Of a stretch of DNA of 64,000 bases, positions 63,312 to 64,000 are shown one piece after another; the stretch's first letter is position 1, and every line of letters begins with the position of its first letter. The stretch comes from Rhodobacterales bacterium (GTDB lineage Bacteria; Pseudomonadota; Alphaproteobacteria; Rhodobacterales; Rhodobacteraceae). Below the pieces are notes generated by a model. The model worked only from the letters and a program-made list of their open reading frames with translations, ran no database searches and had not been told where the DNA came from. The DNA is taken from assembly GCA_025362795.1 (NCBI GenBank), contig JANYFE010000036.1, positions 56-64,055 on the forward strand. The letters run 5' to 3'. Both the position numbers and the translations under genes were made by a program.

Positions 63312-64000
63312 TTCGCGATCATGGTGGAAATCTGGATTGGGCGGTCCTGACCTACGGCGGCACTGTGACGGAATGGATCGATCTTTCGACAGGGATCAAT
63401 CGTGCGCCCTATCCTGTGCCTTTGGTGACACCGGAAACCTGGACCCAACTGCCGACCCGCAGCGCTCTTGCACGGTTGTTGCACGCCGGCCAAACAAACT
63501 ATGCCACAACGGCGCCAATCGTTGCCCTGCCGGGCGCCCAAGCTGCGATCCAGTTGATCCCATTTCTGGGCGGCAAGGGGATGGCGAGGGTACTGGGCCC
63601 CACCTATAATGAACATGCCGCGGCGTTGCGAGCAGCCGGTTGGCATGTTGAGGAAGTGACTGATATTGTCGATCTCGCCGGGTCCGACTTGGCAGTTATC
63701 GTCAACCCCAACAACCCGGGCGGTCAGATCACGCGGCGCGAAGATGTGATGGACCTTCTGCCTTTGGTTGGCCGATTGGTTGTGGACGAAAGCTTTGCAG
63801 ATGCCACGCCAGAGTTTTCCTGCGCTGCCAGAGCCGAAACACCCGGCCTGATTATCCTGCGTTCGTTTGGCAAATTTTATGGGCTAGCAGGGGTGCGACT
63901 GGGGTTCGCGCTTGGAAATTATAAGGACATCAGTGCGTTGACTGCTATGGCTGGCCCTTGGCCGGTATCCGGCTCGGCGATAGAGATTGGCACGAAAGCT
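63308..64000 (+). CDS. cobD: Threonine-phosphate decarboxylase (CobD; CobC in aerobic nomenclature), 3'-truncated by the window
   Basis: MIRDHGGNL, DLSTGIN..PYP, VNPNNPGG, VDESF, RSFGKFYGLAGVRLG. Confidence 0.93.
   Translation, partial: MIRDHGGNLDWAVLTYGGTVTEWIDLSTGINRAPYPVPLVTPETWTQLPTRSALARLLHAGQTNYATTAPIVALPGAQAAIQLIPFLGGKGMARVLGPTYNEHAAALRAAGWHVEEVTDIVDLAGSDLAVIVNPNNPGGQITRREDVMDLLPLVGRLVVDESFADATPEFSCAARAETPGLIILRSFGKFYGLAGVRLGFALGNYKDISALTAMAGPWPVSGSAIEIGTKA

Noticed and set aside
61373-64000. Genomic island integrated at tRNA-Arg
   Set aside because: No integrase, no duplicated tRNA 3' end in the window, and composition is like the upstream suf genes. Kept only as a weak relocation hypothesis.

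Overview
64 kb of core chromosome from a high-GC Rhodobacteraceae/Paracoccaceae alphaproteobacterium (Rhodobacter-Pseudorhodobacter-like; taxonomy inferred from gene content and order). Left to right: the end of an IS903-group IS5 element inserted in aqpZ, an orphan 304-aa helical protein, lipA, ispDF, the dusB(nifR3)-ntrB-ntrC-ntrY-ntrX-hfq-hflX cluster, hemB, mfd, an eroding sugar locus (glk, GH1 glucosidase, LacI), a LysR gene broken by a stop codon, guaB-rsmB-cckA-recA-alaS, typA, icd, the iscR-suf operon with four uncharacterised passenger genes, tRNA-Arg(CCG) and the start of a bluE-cbiB-cobD cobalamin cluster. I found no CRISPR, prophage, defence island or clearly new multi-gene system. 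The most unusual signals are non-coding. (1) Strand composition flips from C-rich to G-rich near 37.2 kb while the KOPS motifs I found by eye (11 versus 0) all point the same way. (2) CtrA boxes with GANTC sites lie in front of both cckA and recA, and recA also has a LexA-like box. (3) The IS transposase upstream region carries two GANTC sites in a palindrome. (4) Two perfect LacI-type operators have no divergent operon behind them. (5) Several small lesions point to local decay (aqpZ, LysR, the GH1 active site). All counts are manual. Start codons were refined by eye from RBS and family N-termini.
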